DNA of 64,000 bases, taken from NCBI GenBank assembly GCA_964016885.1, contig OZ024741.1, positions 126,542,001 to 126,606,000 of the forward strand. The letters are read 5' to 3'. Origin of the DNA: Eledone cirrhosa. Lineage: Eukaryota. Below the pieces are notes generated by a model that saw nothing but the letters and a program-made list of their open reading frames with translations, did not search any database and had not been told where the DNA came from. Both the position numbers and the translations under genes were made by a program. Positions 10,903 to 27,509 of this stretch are shown piece by piece; position 1 is the stretch's first letter, and the number at the start of each line of letters is the position of its first letter.

Positions 10903-12488
10903 GACAGAATAATACCACAAATTAAGAATTTATCTAATTTATCTTATTTAAAATTATGGAAAGGAACTAGTGAAGTTATCGATTGGTTTAAAGAAATTAA
11001 ATATAACTATAATAATAAGTTTATTCAGTTGGATATTACTAACTACTACTCATCTATCACTCCTAATCTACTGAATAAGGCACTAACTTATGCATTTAAA
11101 CATACAGACATAACTAGCAATGAAATACACATTATATTATCGGCACGGAAAACATTAATAGAATTTAATAACCAACTCTGGACTAGGGCAGATAGAAATA
11201 ATAATTTCGACATAACTATGGGATCTTCCGACTCCGCTCAGGTAACGGATCTTGTGGGCCTATTTATAATTAATTCTTTACATAGAAAAATACCTGAGAT
11301 AACCGGAGGCTTATATCGTGACGACATGCTTTTACTTATAGAAAATAATAACTGTGAACTAAATAGAAAAAGAAAACAAATTATACAATTTTTTAATTAC
11401 CTTAATCTAAAAGTAGAAATAGAGAATAACCATAAAATAGTCAATTTTCTAGATGTAACACTAAATCTTAACACATGTCTTCATTATCCATTTCACAAAC
11501 TAAATGAGAACTTAAATTATGTCAATTTTAACTCTAATCACCCCAGATCCGTTAAAAATACTATAGTGAACTCTGTACAATAACGAATTTCGAGTATTTC
11601 AGCTAATAAGAATATATCTGATGAAAAAGCACATTATTACAACGAAGCGTTAGGTAGAGCTGGGTATAGAAATAAAATTAAATACATCGATAATAATAAT
11701 AATATAACAACTAACCATAATCGTAACAATTTTAACTATGATAACAATTTTAACAACTATAATAGAAAACCTTACATTAATTCCGAAAGCCGAAAAAGAA
11801 ATAGAACTAGGAACATATTATGGTTCGCTCCTCCTTTCTCATTAAATATTAAAACCCCTATTGCTAAACTATTATTTAAAGCTCTTGACAAATGCTTCCC
11901 TAGAACACATAAATATTACTCAATTTTTAATAGACATACTATTAAATTAACTTATTCTTCCACCAAAAATTTAGCGCAAAATATTATTAGAATTAATAAT
12001 AGAAATTTAAAACCTAACCAAAATACCAATAATAACCCAAGCAATATTCAATCTGATAAATGTAACTGTAGAAATAAATCTAACTGTCCTTTAAATAACA
12101 ATTACTTAGCTAAAAATGTAGTATATAATTGTAATGTAAAAACTAATTTAAATTCATTTAATTATGTGGGATCTAATTCCACAGAGTTTAAATCCCGCTT
12201 CAATAATCATAAAAATTCTTTTACAGATCCAAACAAAAAATCTTCAACTTCTCTATCTAGACTATTATGGGACCTAAAACTAGAGAACGTTGAATATTCG
12301 TTGATTTGGAATATTATTTCAAAGCTACTCCTTTTAATTCCTCTTCAGAAAATTGCGACCTTTGTATAGAGGAAATATTCTTTATATTAAAGACCAAAAA
12401 TTCCCTGAACTTAAGGAATAATTTATTCAATTGCTGCAGTCATAGATTAAACTCAACATTTAAATATAAATATAAATTTAAAATGTAG
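10903..12488 (+). pseudogene. PLE-2 RT + GIY-YIG ORF, disrupted (stop at 11581, frameshift ~12320)
   Basis: FIQLDITNYYSSI, FDITMGSSDSAQ, GGLYRDD, NFLDVTLNL, ILWFAPPFS, CNCRNKSNCPL, VVY..YVG, CDLCIEE, CSH. Confidence 0.9.
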
Positions 12489-13939
12489 TATATAATTAAT
12501 TAATTAATTTTATTAATATATGAAACCTGTCGATAAATCATTAGATTCCTTTATCTTTTTTTGATTAAACACTCAAGTATAAATAACTTTTCTTCCTAAA
12601 TATAAATAAAAATAATATAATAAACTATTCTATAGAAATATATTGAGAGCTCTTGAAAGGAGAAAATGTTTCCTATTTTTATTTTTATTTTTTTATTGTT
12701 TTTTTATTTTTTTATTATTTTCTTATAGCTTCTCCTATTTTCGAGATTTATCCTTTCAATATTTTTAGTTAAATATAAGTAAGACAAATTTGTATACTAA
12801 ATCTATTAAACATACTATTATTTTGAAATTATAACTTAAAATATTCTATAATATTTTAAAATTGTATTGCTTTTAAAGTTATATTGCTATAATTATATTT
12901 ACAAATTGTAATATAATCCATTTGTATTTTATGTACTCAATTATACTATGTACTGTATTGATGTATACTTCTCTCTATATGTGAGTGTATATGTGTATGT
13001 GTATATTGACATACATGTACATATGTTCTATGCGTTTTTATGAATATATGTCTGTCTGTATGTATATGTATACGTGATGCGTATCTACCTATTGGCTGAG
13101 GATACACACACATGTATATATATGTATATGTGAGAATTATATATGTACATGTGCGTGTATATCCATACAATTTGATTGCACTTATGTATAATGTTTATCC
13201 CAATGATTCCTGAGAGATAGACATATAATTAACAGCCATAAATACAAAACAGGTAATCTTATATATATATATAAATTTTATTTAATAACATAAAGTGTGT
13301 ATAACATTAAATTAAAGAATCCTTTATGCTTTGTGTGTATATATTATATACGTAGTTAGATATGGTATGTATTTTATAAGTGTGTATATATATTTATATG
13401 TATTTTTGCGTGCGTGTACGTGTTATATGATATTTAGTTCTCTAGCAATATATGGATTTCTTAATGTATAGATCCCAATTTTTAATTTATTGATCTCAAT
13501 TTTTAAATGATTAACTAAACATCTAAGCATATTTAAACAATGATTAATTTCTCATATTATATATGTCATTCATGATTATTAACATTTCTAATTTTATTTA
13601 TTCATTTCATCTCAATTGTTAAGTTAACTCAACAAGATATGACTTAGAGTTTTCGTTCTCTCCCCTTCTCTCTGTCTCCTCTCTCTCTCTATATCTTTCT
13701 CTCTCTTTTGTATTGGTATCTCTCTCTCTCTTTTCTCTCTTTTTTCTTTTTTTTCTTTCTTTTTCTCTCTATCCTTCTTTTTCTTTCTTTGTAACCCAAC
13801 GGCTTATTTAAAAAAATAAAAATATCCAATACTAATATTAATATAAGTAAATAACTCCACTATCCGGGAGCTTCCAACAGTAATGGTTGCATTTTTTAAG
13901 GGTATGTCAATATTTATTTATAAAACTGATCTATATTAT

Positions 13940-14025
13940 ATTTTGTCTGATGAAAGCACACCATAATTTAACTTGCTTTCACACCATAATTTAACGTGGT
14001 GTCCTTGAAATATGTATAATAAAAT
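13940..14025 (+). ncRNA. Hammerhead in the 3' pLTR of PLE-2
   Basis: CTGATGA at 13947, GAAA at 14007, TATGTA-TA-ATAAAA; 23-nt insertion/duplication inside helix II. Confidence 0.75.
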
Positions 14026-14065
14026 AAATATGGTTTTATAAATATAGTTTCCATTTGTTAATATC

Positions 14066-15930
<1,865 letters not shown>

Positions 15931-16279
15931 TTATTTATTAAAATAACAGATTAAAGTTTAAGCAAAGAATCGCTGCTTTCACTCTTAACGGGATCTTCAG
16001 ACCGTACGTGAACCAAAGCATAAAGTACACATATACACACCCTACATACGTGCAAACCCGCATACACACACAAACGCAAAATACACGTATACACATAACA
16101 TAATATAATATATACACCTATAACAAATACAAGCAAATATACGTACGAGAAAGTTAACGTACCTTCACAGAAGATACAGGTAATATATACTTACCTATAC
16201 AAATAAGTAATCGTATAAACATAAAATATACTTAGCTACCGCATCGAGACGTAAATTATCCGCGTATTGTTCGTACTAT

Positions 16280-19200
16280 CCGTTAGGGTATAATGTGGGG
16301 CTGTAATGCAGGAAAGTGTTATGCAATTTATGTTTATAAACCGAAATTGCCTCAGATTTTTTGTTTAAGATGTGGTCATTGGCGTAGAGTATTTCCAGGG
16401 CTCCGCCATGATACATTTAAAAAATAGCGACAACGGAGATGTAAAAGCGATGAAACTGTTGACGGAAAATGTTCATGAATTTTCACTGAATGTCGATGAG
16501 AAGCTTCAAGCAGTGATTTTGAAAATAGATGTTGCTGGTTTGAATGAATGAGTTATATTTACCAATATGAAGAGTTGACCTTCGCTATATTGTTGTTTTA
16601 CTGTATTCACATATAGACTTCTTAAGCTTTTTTAGTGTCCCTTTTCTAGCAATTAAAAAGAAACTGAAATGCATTTCAACTAAAAGTGTGATAGCTGTTT
16701 CACATCACTGTAGAATTTCTTTGTAGACACAGTTGTCATCAAACGGACCCCTTTCACTTAATATTTTTATATTTTCTTTTTTTGTAACTCGTGATAATGC
16801 AACATACATTTGACCATGTGAAAAGAATTGTGTTGGTAGATATACACCTATCTTTTCAAATGTCTGCCCTTGTACCTTGTTGCATGTAAGGGCAAAAGCT
16901 GGTTTGACAAGAAATTGCTTGTGAGTAAAGGTGAAAGGGAACACAAGCTCTTGAGATACATGTGGTATCCTTGGGAATAGCAACCTTGTTCCAGCATTGG
17001 GACCCAATGCCACTTCAGCTTCAATTACATGATTATGTAAACTGATGATGATGTAGCGTGTCCAATTGCAATGCCCGTTTAGAGGATCAAGATTTCTCAG
17101 AAGCATGATGCAACTGCCTTCCTTCAGTTTAAGTATGTGTGTTGGGAAGCCTAATGGGGTAAGTTTGTTGATTAACTCAATTGGATATTGCAGTTCATTA
17201 TCTACTGTATCAGGGCTTCTGTAGATTATTTCATGACCAGGGAACTTGTTGACCATGAACTCATTCACCAATGTTGCTGCATCATTTGTTGGAGTGATAA
17301 TGGCTCTATTTGCAAGCCATAGTGGGTTTGTGTAGTTTCTTGGAAGATTTGTATACACAAAATCACACAGTCCAGACACATTACCATATTTCAGACAAAG
17401 TTCATTTAGCAGAAGAATTGTGAATGCATCTACAGTTGGAACAGTTGGAATGTTACCATTTCCCACATGAAGAAGGTAGTTTGCAAACTGTCTTTCATCA
17501 GAATCTTCTGTATTAATTAACTGTTGATTGGTTGTCCTCTCCATGGTTTCCACATAGTCCCAGAGATAGGATCTCTTGATGGTTGCCTCATCTATTTGTG
17601 CTCTAGCACCATGACGTACAACTGGAAGAAGTTGCTTCCAGTCACCAGATAGTAATACTGTTAGACCACCAAATGGCGTTTTGCAATCTCGAACATCTTT
17701 TAAGCTCCATTCAAAGATATGCTTATGTCCCATACCTATCTCATCAATGATTAGCAGGTCAGCTTGCTGCATAAGTTTACCTGTGTCATCCCTCTTTGTG
17801 AAGAAGCAAGTTGATTCAGCAGTCACATTGAGAGGAATCTTGCACTTGGAATGAAGAGTTCTACCTTTGTGAAGCAAAGTGGCTGCTATTCCAGATATGG
17901 CAGTGGCAAGTGCAATTTCTTTTTAGATTGGAGATAATCTAATAGTATGTTTATGACATAGGTCTTTCCTGTACCTGCACTTGCATTCAAGCAGAAAATT
18001 CTGCCTTCATTTTCATTTACAGAGGTGATTACTTTGTGAAAAATAACCAGTTGCTCAGGATTCAATGTTGGCAGAAGTTCATTTGTGTTTGCTTGCTGTT
18101 GGTGTGTATTGAAATCAGTTTCTGCCATAAGTTTCTGGTATGGCAACAATAGTTGGATCTGGCCGAGGAAGTCCATAGTTGGCATGAATGTCCAAGCCAT
18201 CATGTTGAAGTCTTTGATGGATCTTCTGTAGAACAATCTGCATGGTTTGCATGGACAAGACTTGCTCACGACGTTCATGCATGATATTCTCTGCAAGACA
18301 ATTCTTCCATTTCTCCCAGAACTGCAGAGGGTCATTTGGCATGCAGTACAATAAAATGGTGCAGACGATCTCTCGCAGCTGAGGACCAAGCTTAATGGAT
18401 GAGGGCTCTTCCATAGCTTTGTCTTTTTCTCCATCTTCATCTAACAGACCAAGTTTCCTGCATGCTTCTTGGAATGTTGGAAATTCAACTCCTTCAATTG
18501 TCCTCAATTCTTTGTATAAACTTGACCCAGCCTTGTGATGTAGGATCATTCTGAGGTAATATAATTCAGATTGATGTCTACTGAGAGATACTGTTGGAAT
18601 GCGTCCAAGAGATGCACTCATAAATTGTTGATCACCATGCAGACGTCCCTTTATTCTTCTTTGCCACCTTTTGTTTGTCCAAGTGAAATATTTAGGAATA
18701 TCAATATACAATATACAATATACAATAGTGAAAGTAATCTTGTCTGATCTTTTCGTGATGTACTTATATAAGTACTTAACAGCCTTGACACTGTGGACAA
18801 CCTCACAATTGATGTGGTACTGATATCTCAATGAGAGGAAAGTGTTGTATGGAACAATCCAACGATTATCAACAGTAAATTCTCGACCTTTAAGTTGGAT
18901 TGTATGGGTGTGACCACCATGCTGTCTATCCCTTCTTCTATACTCCGGAAAGGAATGTTCGGCAACAAATGTGGTGTCTCAATGACTTGGGATAACCTTT
19001 TGAGCAATGGCGTTGTTGTCCTAGCCCTTCCATACATGGGCACATCATATTAGCTTGTCCACATCGGCCATGAATGTTGCAGGATGTGACGATCTTATGC
19101 AGAATTGGATTGGTCTCTTTATCAGGAATCTCACAGTACACTACTTGATCAATGGCATCAGCAGTTTTGGGCTTGCTATCTTCAGCCATTATCAGCAGAA

Positions 19201-20918
19201 TATGAGCATGAGTGAGGCCTTGTTTCTGCCACTCTATTGTAGCCGAATGCGCCACAACTTTTCCTAGGACATTTTTTTTCAGTATGTCATCCATGAGGCT
19301 GTCATACTTGATCTTGAAGACTCTTGCACAAATATCAAGCCGGTCTCTAGGTTCTTCACCAGGGTACAAACTATTTTTTATTTCATCCCAGTTAGGGTTA
19401 GTTGTTACCGTGACGAAATAAGATGGCTTTCCCATGTGTCGAACCGCAGTCATCGAATTCTGAAAGCACTCACTATAGAAGCGAGGTGAACCATAGATTG
19501 AAGGAGGAAGAACAATTCTCCGGCCTGCATTTACTGAATCTCCCTCAGCCACAGCATCATACAAACCCTCATACTTTTCAGCTCGTATCATGGTTTGATT
19601 GTTGCGGGCCCATTTGAGGCGACAATGTTCTATTTTTGCCTGGGCATCTACAGCAGATTGCTGCATCAGCCGCCTGCTCTCTTGATAATGTTACAGTCAC
19701 CTTGCCTAACCTGAAACCGATAACAGTAGAGATCAGTGGGTGTGAGTGTATGGTTGTTGTCAATCATTTTCAAACCAACCAGAAACCCATCATTCCCCCA
19801 AGGAAACAGTACCACATAATGCAGAGGATCATAAGAGCGGTGAAACTGATGAATCATCTAAAGACCACCATCTCTTTTATGAATGATGACATCCAAAAGA
19901 CCTAATGCTGTATCAAGTTGAATAACAGCAATCCCAGATGCTATGGGAAGATTATATGTGCGACAATGAAAATCAGTGGGTTTTACTTCATCAGCATGTA
20001 GGACAATATTCACATTTTCAGAGACTGGCATTTCAATGACTGATTTGAAGGTTCTTATATAGTGTTGCAGTAGTGAAAGTCTTCTTGCAGGTCCTGCAGG
20101 ACAGCAACATCTAAATTAGCATGATGCAAGCGATTCTGAGGCTCATGATCTGTATCATAGAAGTAAAGCTGCGCAAACTTGGGTGAAGCACCACTTGGAA
20201 GTAGTGATCCAATAATATGAAAAATCTTACCTTGGATCTTTAATGTGGGACTAAATCCTGGTGCTTTCATCTCTTTGCAACCAATTGAAGCTAAGGCAAG
20301 CACATTGTTATATGCCCGTATCTTATGGAGAAAAGAATTTCCTGCTTGAGTGATATCGAAATATTTCAGTATATTTGGTGGACGAGGAGGAAGTTGAAGG
20401 AGTTTGACTTTTCCCTGAAAGCAGCACAGAGATTTGTGTTCATGCGGCCAGCGATAAGCTTTGCAGTGCGGACAAACAGAGGCAAATAGACTCCCTGCAT
20501 TATGTTGTGGCATTATGGAAAGAACAGTTTGCTCTTGGAAAGGTAGGATTCTTTGCCAGACCTTCAATTGACCTGTTCCGTGTATTTGTTACAAGTTGTA
20601 GTTGGTGTGTTAACTGAATTACATTTGTAGAAATTTGTTGGGATGTTGTAGAGCGATTATTGTTTGATTGATTTGCCCTCTTCTCTCTTTGTCGTTGTGT
20701 GTCTTCTGCCATGCGTTGGTATTTAGATGAGAAATGTTTTCTGCGTCCCATATTCAATCTCTGTCATGTATGTATAAATATATGTTATATCTCTACGGTG
20801 AAATCTTAGAAATAAATATGTTAAAACAAAAAAAAAAATAAATATATATATAGCTGACACGGAGAAAGGAAATCTTTGAAATAAATGTATGTTTGAAATA
20901 TGTATTATCGTCTGCTAT

Positions 20919-20971
<53 letters not shown>

Positions 20972-21034
20972 AGCGTGTTGAAACAAATCCAAATCGCTTC
21001 ATTTTTCTCTTTCACTCTCTCTCTATAGTATAGA
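16280..21034 (-). mobile_element. Autonomous-type Helitron (decayed); 5' end at 21034, 3' end not located
   Basis: Minus strand starts A|TCTATACTATA at 21034 (Helitron 5' TC); left boundary is approximate. Confidence 0.7.
16705..20757 (-). pseudogene. Helitron Rep-Helicase (RepHel), fragmented by frameshifts and stops
   Basis: CPHC..CC zinc motif, IRAYNN, PKFAQLYFYD, YDPLHYVVLFP, HUH Rep motifs YFVTVTTNPNW / EWQKQGLTHAHILL / KYLYKYITK, PIF1-like helicase AGTGKT, IIDE, GDWKQLLPV, NKVQGQT, HGQMYVALSRV. Confidence 0.93.
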
Positions 21035-21220
21035 TATACCGAAATATATATAATAAAATAATTATGGTTTTATAAATATAGTTTCCATTTATTAATATAT
21101 TGAATATATTACTCCAGTACTTGTTGAGTGCTCTATATCCCAACAAATTAAATATAACTTCTGCATATATTTAGCTCCTTTATTGTGAGCACTTTAAATT
21201 ATAACTGATAATTAAATAAT

Positions 21221-21393
21221 TGTTTCTACTTTAGGCACAGGGCCAGCAATTACCCAGTGCATTACTGGTACTTTATTTTATCGACCCCGTAAGGATGAAA
21301 GGCAAAGTCAACCTCGGCGGGATTTGAACTCAGATCGTAAAGGGACGTAACTATGCTGGAAAGCATGGCGTCCGACCCTCTACCGATACTGCC
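21221..21393 (-). mobile_element. SINE inserted just upstream of the PLE-3 start codon
   Basis: Same family as 8350-8540; TSD AATTAAATAAT at 21210-21220 and 21394-21404. Confidence 0.9.
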
Positions 21394-21402
21394 AATTAAA
21401 TA

Positions 21403-23546
21403 ATGGAATTCTTTAAGATCTCTTCTTCTCTAAAAGACATACCTCTACCTAAGAATAAGGACTATCTCAAACAACTCATTGAGAAATTTGACTCCTTTAT
21501 AAGAAGACTTAGATGGCGTGCCTTCCATTTCGATAGAAATCAGATGAAAAAACGAATAAATCCAACTTCGATATGATCTTCAAATCCAAGAAAAATCCAC
21601 TATTAATGGAATTTGAAAATGAAATAATATCAATTATACAAAACATCAAATTCAAGAAAAAAACAATTTGTAGGCCAGGAATACCTTAAAGGCCTTAAGA
21701 ATAATATAAAAAACTGAGAAAATTCTCGTTAAATCTGACAAAACCAACAATCTATATGGAATGCAAAAGGACGAATATAATAATCTAAGGAAAAACTATA
21801 AAAGAACAACCAATGATGACCCTGAAATGCTAAATAGAGAAGCTTCTGATATAATTCATAAATTAGGCATCGAAAATAGGACCGAACCCTTTATACCTAG
21901 AAAACCAAAAATTAATTTGAAAGACCTCAAAAGAAACTTTGAAATAGAATTACCAGTTAGACTTATAGCACCATCTAAAACAGACTTGGGCATAGTTAGT
22001 AAACATATATTAGATAGAATCATACCGCAATCTAAAGAAATATCTTACTTAAAACTATGGAACGGTACTAATGAAGTTATAGATTGGCTCAATAACATAA
22101 AATATAAGCATAACAAAAAATTCATTCAGTTGGATATTGCAAATTACTACTCATCTATCACTCCTAATTTACTTAATAAGCCCTTATCTACGCATCTAAA
22201 TATACTGATTTATCTAGTGATGAAATGCATATCATTTTAACTGCACGGAAAATCTTAATTAAATTTAACAACCATCTTTGGACCAGAGCAGATAGAGATA
22301 ATCATTTCGATATCAGACTCGGCGCAAATAACAGATCTTGTGGGGCTTTTTATTAACAATACATTACATAGAAAACTACCGGAGATGACCGGTGGTTTAT
22401 ATCGTGATGATATGCTCCTGTTAATTGAAAATAATAATAATTGTGAAATCAATAGAAAAAGAAAATCAATAATACAATGTTTGAATAGCTATAATCTTAA
22501 GTTAGAAATAGAGAATAATTATAAAATTGTTAACTTTTTAGACGTAACATTAAACCTTAATACTGGGCCTTACTATCCATTCCATAAAATTAATGAGAAC
22601 TTAAACTATGTTAGCTTCAACTCTAATCATCCTAGATCCATTAAGAACACTATCGTAAATTCTGTACAACAACGTATTTCTCGAATCTCAGCGAATAAAA
22701 GTATATTTGAAGATAAGGCACAATATTATAACGAAGCCTTAAGTAGAGCAGGCTATAATAATTAAATTAAATACATCGACAACAATGATAAGGCAATTAA
22801 CCATAATATTAATTATAATTATAATAAGAAACCTAGCATAAACTCTAAAACTAACAGAAGAAATAGAACTAGAAACATAATCTGGTATGCTCCTTCATTT
22901 TCACACCTTTAGCTAAACTATTTTTAAAGCTCTTGATAAATGTTTTCCCAAGGCCCATAGATATTACTCAATCTTTAACAGACATACAATTAAACTCTCT
23001 TACTCTACTACTAAGAACCTAGCACAAAATATAAATAGAATCAATAATAGAAATCTAAACCTTAACCAGAATAGCACTAATACCTCTAGCAATGTTCCGA
23101 ATAATATAAACTCTGATAAATGTAATTGTAGAATTAAATCTAACTGTCCTTTAAAAAATAACTGTTTAGTTAAAAATGTGGTCTATAAATGCAACGTCAA
23201 AACCAATGATAATAGTTTTAACTATTTTGGCTCAACTTTAAAGACTTTAAATCTCGTTTCAATAACCATAAATGCTCGTTTAATAATATTGGTAAAAAAT
23301 CTTCAACTTCTCTATCCAACTTGATATGGAACTTAAAATCCAAAAATAGAGACTATTCTTTAACTTGGAATATAATTTCAAAGCACCCGCTTACAATACA
23401 CAGCTTTATCCAAATTTTGCAAACTGTGTGTTGAGGGAATTTTCTTCATACTTAAATGTAAGAACTCCATTAACTTACGTAACAATTTATTTAGTTCTTG
23501 TAAACATCGCCAAAACTCAACTTTTAGATCTATATATAAAATATAA
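21403..23546 (+). pseudogene. PLE-3 complete-length ORF remnant (N-term + RT + GIY-YIG), multiple frameshifts and stops
   Basis: ATG at 21403 gives MEFFKISSSLKDIPLP..YLKQLIEKFDSFIRRLRWRAFHF; KSDKTNN; RLIAPSK; LDIANYYSSI; GGLYRDD; CNCRIKSNCPL; CKH. Confidence 0.9.
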
Positions 23547-25045
23547 TTACACGTTTAATCTTCTCTACATAATGTTTACTTTATCCAAACACCTATAATC
23601 TCATTTCTTAAATTATATGCATATATGTTCATAAATTCTAAATCTTTAAATTTAAATTTAACGTAATTCTAATTTTAATAGCTTTTACTTCTTAAATATA
23701 TATAATTTACTTCTTAAATCTTTACTTTTTAATATTTTTACTTCTTAAATATCTTTATTTTTTATCATTATTTTTATCATTATTTTTTATCTTTATTTAC
23801 CTTACTTCCAAAATATTTCATAATCTTTTTAGAAAAATTACTTAAAATTTTTTTAAATTACTTATTTCCAAAAAAGACTATTTTATTTTGGTCATCTTAA
23901 TATTTTAAATATATTTTTAAATATTTTTAAATATTTTAAAGTATTTTTAAATATTTCTTAATATTTCTTTATATTTTTTGAATAATTTTAGGTTTTTAAT
24001 TAATTTTAAACACTTTATAAATGTTTTTAAAAGGTTTTTGAATAACTTCGGAGTCTTTTTGAGATCTTTTAAAAATCTCTCGGAAAGTTTTTCCAGGAAT
24101 TTTCAAGAATTTTGTCTTGAATTGTTAATATGTTATAGTCTTAATTTTTAAATGGTTTTAGTATTTTCTTATACTTTTAATAATTTTTAATTTTTTAATT
24201 ATTTAATATTAGAGTTATAACCAATAACTAACTCTGGCTAAATATATTTTTAAACATATCTTTGTCAAAATTATCTCATAATAAATAATAAATAAACAAA
24301 ACTGGGATTTTCTATATTTTTCCAATGTAAAACATTAAAAACATATAAGTAATCTTGTTAACTCAGTTAATTTAATTTAATTTAATTTAATTTAAATACT
24401 TACACTAAATATAGACTTGTATCCCTCATAATTTATCATCTATAACATGATATACCCATCTATCCACTCATATATCTATCCTTATATCTATCCTTATATT
24501 TATATTTTATCCTACGCTTCTACTTCATATTTATTTTAAATCTATTTTCTAATATATTTTAATATATTTTAATATATCTTAATATATTATAATATATCTT
24601 TATCTTTTAATATATGTTTATTTTTTCTATTTATCTAATTTTTTATATACATATAATAGTAAATAAATATTTATTATAATAGAATTCTAACAATTATTAG
24701 TAAATATACGTAACATAAATCTGAAACATAAACATAAGACTTATTTACGTTATATGAACTCATCCTCGGATAAGCTTCTTTCTTCGCTCTTTCTTCACTC
24801 TATTTCTTCACTCCATTTCTACATATACTAATTTCTTTTCTTTTCTTTCTCTTCTTTTTTTTCTCTCTCTTCTTCCCACAGCGTAATTTAAATAAACGGT
24901 TGTTTTCTTCAATTTTTCGGACATTCATTTGCATATTCACACAGAACTTTGAATTACCCTCAATAAAATCTTTCACTATCCAGCGAATTTTCAACCGTCA
25001 AGGTTGTTTTCCACGGTTATGTGACTATTTATAAAACAAATATTG

Positions 25046-25110
25046 TATTTTATCTGATGAAAGCGCTCCAAGATTGCCTTGGTTGCCCTTGAAATATATG
25101 TAATAAAATA
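25046..25110 (+). ncRNA. Hammerhead in the PLE-3 3' pLTR
   Basis: TATTTTAT-CTGATGA(25054)-AAGCGC..GCCCTT-GAAA(25091)-TATATG-TA-ATAAAATA. Confidence 0.8.
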
Positions 25111-25148
25111 ATTATGGTTTTATAAATATAGTTTCCATTTATTAATAT

Positions 25149-25198
<50 letters not shown>

Positions 25199-25199
25199 C

Positions 25200-25385
25200 A
25201 ATATGTTCAAAAGGCAACACACCAGAGAGAGAGATAGTGTGCCATCAATAAAATAGGGAAAACCACCAATATATAGAATCCATACTCTATGGAAGGCAGG
25301 GTAAACACACATTAATTAAAAATATAAATTAAAATGTATATACGCACCTCTACAACTATATAACACACGCGTACAAATCCAAAGA
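25200..25385. repeat. Dispersed repeat fragment, homologous to ~39315-39500
   Basis: Shared ATATGTT.AAAAGG.AACA..GCCATCAATAAAA.AGGG..GTACAAATCCAAAGA. Confidence 0.75.
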
Positions 25386-25448
25386 TATATATATATATAA
25401 TATATACCTTATATTAATAAATGGAAACTATATTTATAAAACCATAAT

Positions 25449-25515
25449 TATTTTATTATATATATTTCAAGGGCAACCAAGGGCAAATTTTGGTGCGCTT
25501 TCATCAGATAAAATA
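25449..25515 (-). ncRNA. Hammerhead in a solo inverted pLTR fragment of the PLE-3 family (~25410-25560)
   Basis: Reverse complement of the ~24980-25150 region with an internal deletion. Confidence 0.75.
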
Positions 25516-26028
25516 CAAAATTTGTTTTATAAATGTTGACGGTTGGAGGTTCGCTATAATCCTGTATAATCGCGTATAATCATGTAATTAAATGAGCTGA
25601 AAGGAAAGAGTTTTTCCTGGGCAATTTAAAATAAAATATATAGAGGGGAAAAACACAGAAAAGTGTGTTTTCCTTTACAGGAATTTCAAACCACCAGCGT
25701 GAAGAGAATATAAGCTAATAGAGTCACACGTAAGTCCTTTGCACCGTTATTTTGCTATATATATATATATATACCAATAGTGAAAACAATGAAATTAAAC
25801 AAAAAAACGGTTAATTCATAGTAAAACTCATTATTTTACGGTCGTTTCTAGGGGGTATTTCCCCGTATGTCCATTCTATTATTGATCTATAAAAAATATA
25901 TTATAAATTATCATAGTAAGAAAATATACATACGTCTCCTCTACCCGCCGTCTTCACGACATCTTCTACACACGGATTACATTGAGTTCTTCATACGGCT
26001 TAGACTCTACCATTAATTGTTGGATTTA

Positions 26029-26851
<823 letters not shown>

Positions 26852-27159
26852 TACACTCCGGAATACTGAAGGATCAGGAACTAAGTTTCTTGAACAATTC
26901 TTCCATAACTCGTAGAGTAACCTCTTACCGTACGTCAACCATATCCAGTGTAGTAATTAACCATCACTGCATCTTGGATAATCCTATACCTAATATATAT
27001 ATATATATGTATATATATATCTATGTATATATCCAAAATTAAAATTAAGGGTTGTCATATCTGAGAGACATGAGCCATAACCACCGTAGAATAAGCACAA
27101 AGATTAGATCCGAGCATTACATATCAACTAGAAATAGATTGACATATATATATATATAT

Positions 27160-27349
27160 AATTGTTTCTACTTTAGGCACAAGGCCAGGAATTACCCAGT
27201 GCATTACTGGTACTTTATTTTATCGACCCCGTAAGGATGAAAGGCAAAATCAACCTCGGCGGGATTTGAACTCAGATCGTAAAGGGACGGAACTATGCTG
27301 GAAAGCATGGCGTCCGACCCTCTACCGATACTGCCAATCCACCGCCCCT
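27160..27349 (-). mobile_element. SINE (main family)
   Basis: Homology to 21221-21393. Confidence 0.88.
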
Positions 27350-27356
27350 ATCCACC

Positions 27357-27508
<152 letters not shown>

Positions 27509-27509
27509 T

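Larger units (their letters stand above)
21041..25152 (+). mobile_element. PLE-3: near full-length Penelope-like element with direct partial pLTRs
   Basis: 21041-21102 repeats 25091-25152 (GAAATATAT.TAATAAAATAATTATGG...); ORF between; ends in (TA)n. Confidence 0.9.

Noticed and set aside
16646-16680. CTAG plus TGAAATGCATTTCA hairpin as the Helitron 3' end
   Set aside because: The hairpin is AT-rich and CTAG is not followed by T on the element strand
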